From Eledone cirrhosa (Eukaryota): DNA of 64,000 nt. Position numbers and translations under genes: made by a program. Each line of letters starts with the position of its first letter. Positions within the stretch are counted from its first letter, which is position 1. This document shows positions 63,670 to 64,000 of the stretch, in pieces. The notes beneath the pieces are model-generated. The model did not search any database. It was not told where the DNA came from and saw only the letters and a program-made list of their open reading frames with translations. Location of the stretch: assembly GCA_964016885.1 (NCBI GenBank), contig OZ024745.1, forward strand, positions 26,102,001 through 26,166,000, given 5' to 3'.

Positions 63670-63999
63670 TTAATTGTAAGTTGTGATGTTGCTGTTCCAG
63701 TCATATTTTCTATTTAATTTTGGTTGTAATTCTTTTATGTTTATTGCTTCTGTAATTTGTCTAAACATTGCGTCTTTTCTGTGTGTAGATTCTATTTTTA
63801 TTTCTATGTTCTCTAATTTACCCTTGTGTTCTATCTTAGCATGTTGGTAGAGTACAGATGATTCTTTATTATCTTGAAGGTCTCGCCAGTGTTCATTTAT
63901 CCGTTCCCCTACACTACGAGCTGTCTCACCTATGTACACTATATTTTTGTCTCTACATTGTCCTTCAGTACATCTTATGCTATACACTACATTTCTAGT
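63670..63999 (-). CDS. GIY-YIG endonuclease C-terminus of a second Penelope-like element (runs off the window end)
   Basis: TRNVVYSIRCTEGQCRDKNIVYIGETARSVGERINEHWRD...LYQHAKIEH...RQITEAINIKELQPKLNRK: VVY/YIG motifs, CxxxxC, R..EH, H, EA and LN. Open through the window edge. Confidence 0.88.
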   Translation of the reverse strand, partial: TRNVVYSIRCTEGQCRDKNIVYIGETARSVGERINEHWRDLQDNKESSVLYQHAKIEHKGKLENIEIKIESTHRKDAMFRQITEAINIKELQPKLNRKYDWNSNITTYN

Positions 64000-64000
64000 T

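Larger units (their letters stand above)
63400..64000 (-). mobile_element. Penelope-like element 3' end (EN plus 3' UTR/pLTR with hammerhead)
   Basis: GIY-YIG ORF followed ~200 nt downstream by a canonical hammerhead. The sequence is distinct from the 13430 element. Confidence 0.85.

Overview
Eukaryotic genomic DNA, very AT-rich and dominated by microsatellites. The SINE content and repeat style suggest an octopod cephalopod (inference). Nearly all long ORFs in the track are translations of (TA/CA)n arrays and are not genes. The only host gene evidence is the first coding exon of a SoxE (Sox8/9/10-like) transcription factor on the minus strand (51683-52020), covering the dimerisation domain and the N-terminal HMG box and ending at a GTAAGT donor. 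I found no further exon in the ~51 kb downstream. The rest is transposon debris: a 5'-truncated, frameshifted Penelope-like element (PLE, Naiad-like RT plus GIY-YIG, ~13430-16926), a second PLE 3' end (63400-64000), RTE-type LINE fragments (one with a twin-priming-style 5' inversion), a Tx1/L1-like 3' end inside a (TATC)n tract, two tRNA-derived SINE families and several MITEs. The most striking hidden layer is about eight minimal type-I hammerhead ribozyme motifs from different families, some with variant cores. Many short fold-back elements built from ribozyme-bearing termini also occur, embedded in microsatellites. Four of the hammerheads lie in the sense orientation of the putative giant SoxE intron. 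There is one 200-N assembly gap at 34510-34709.
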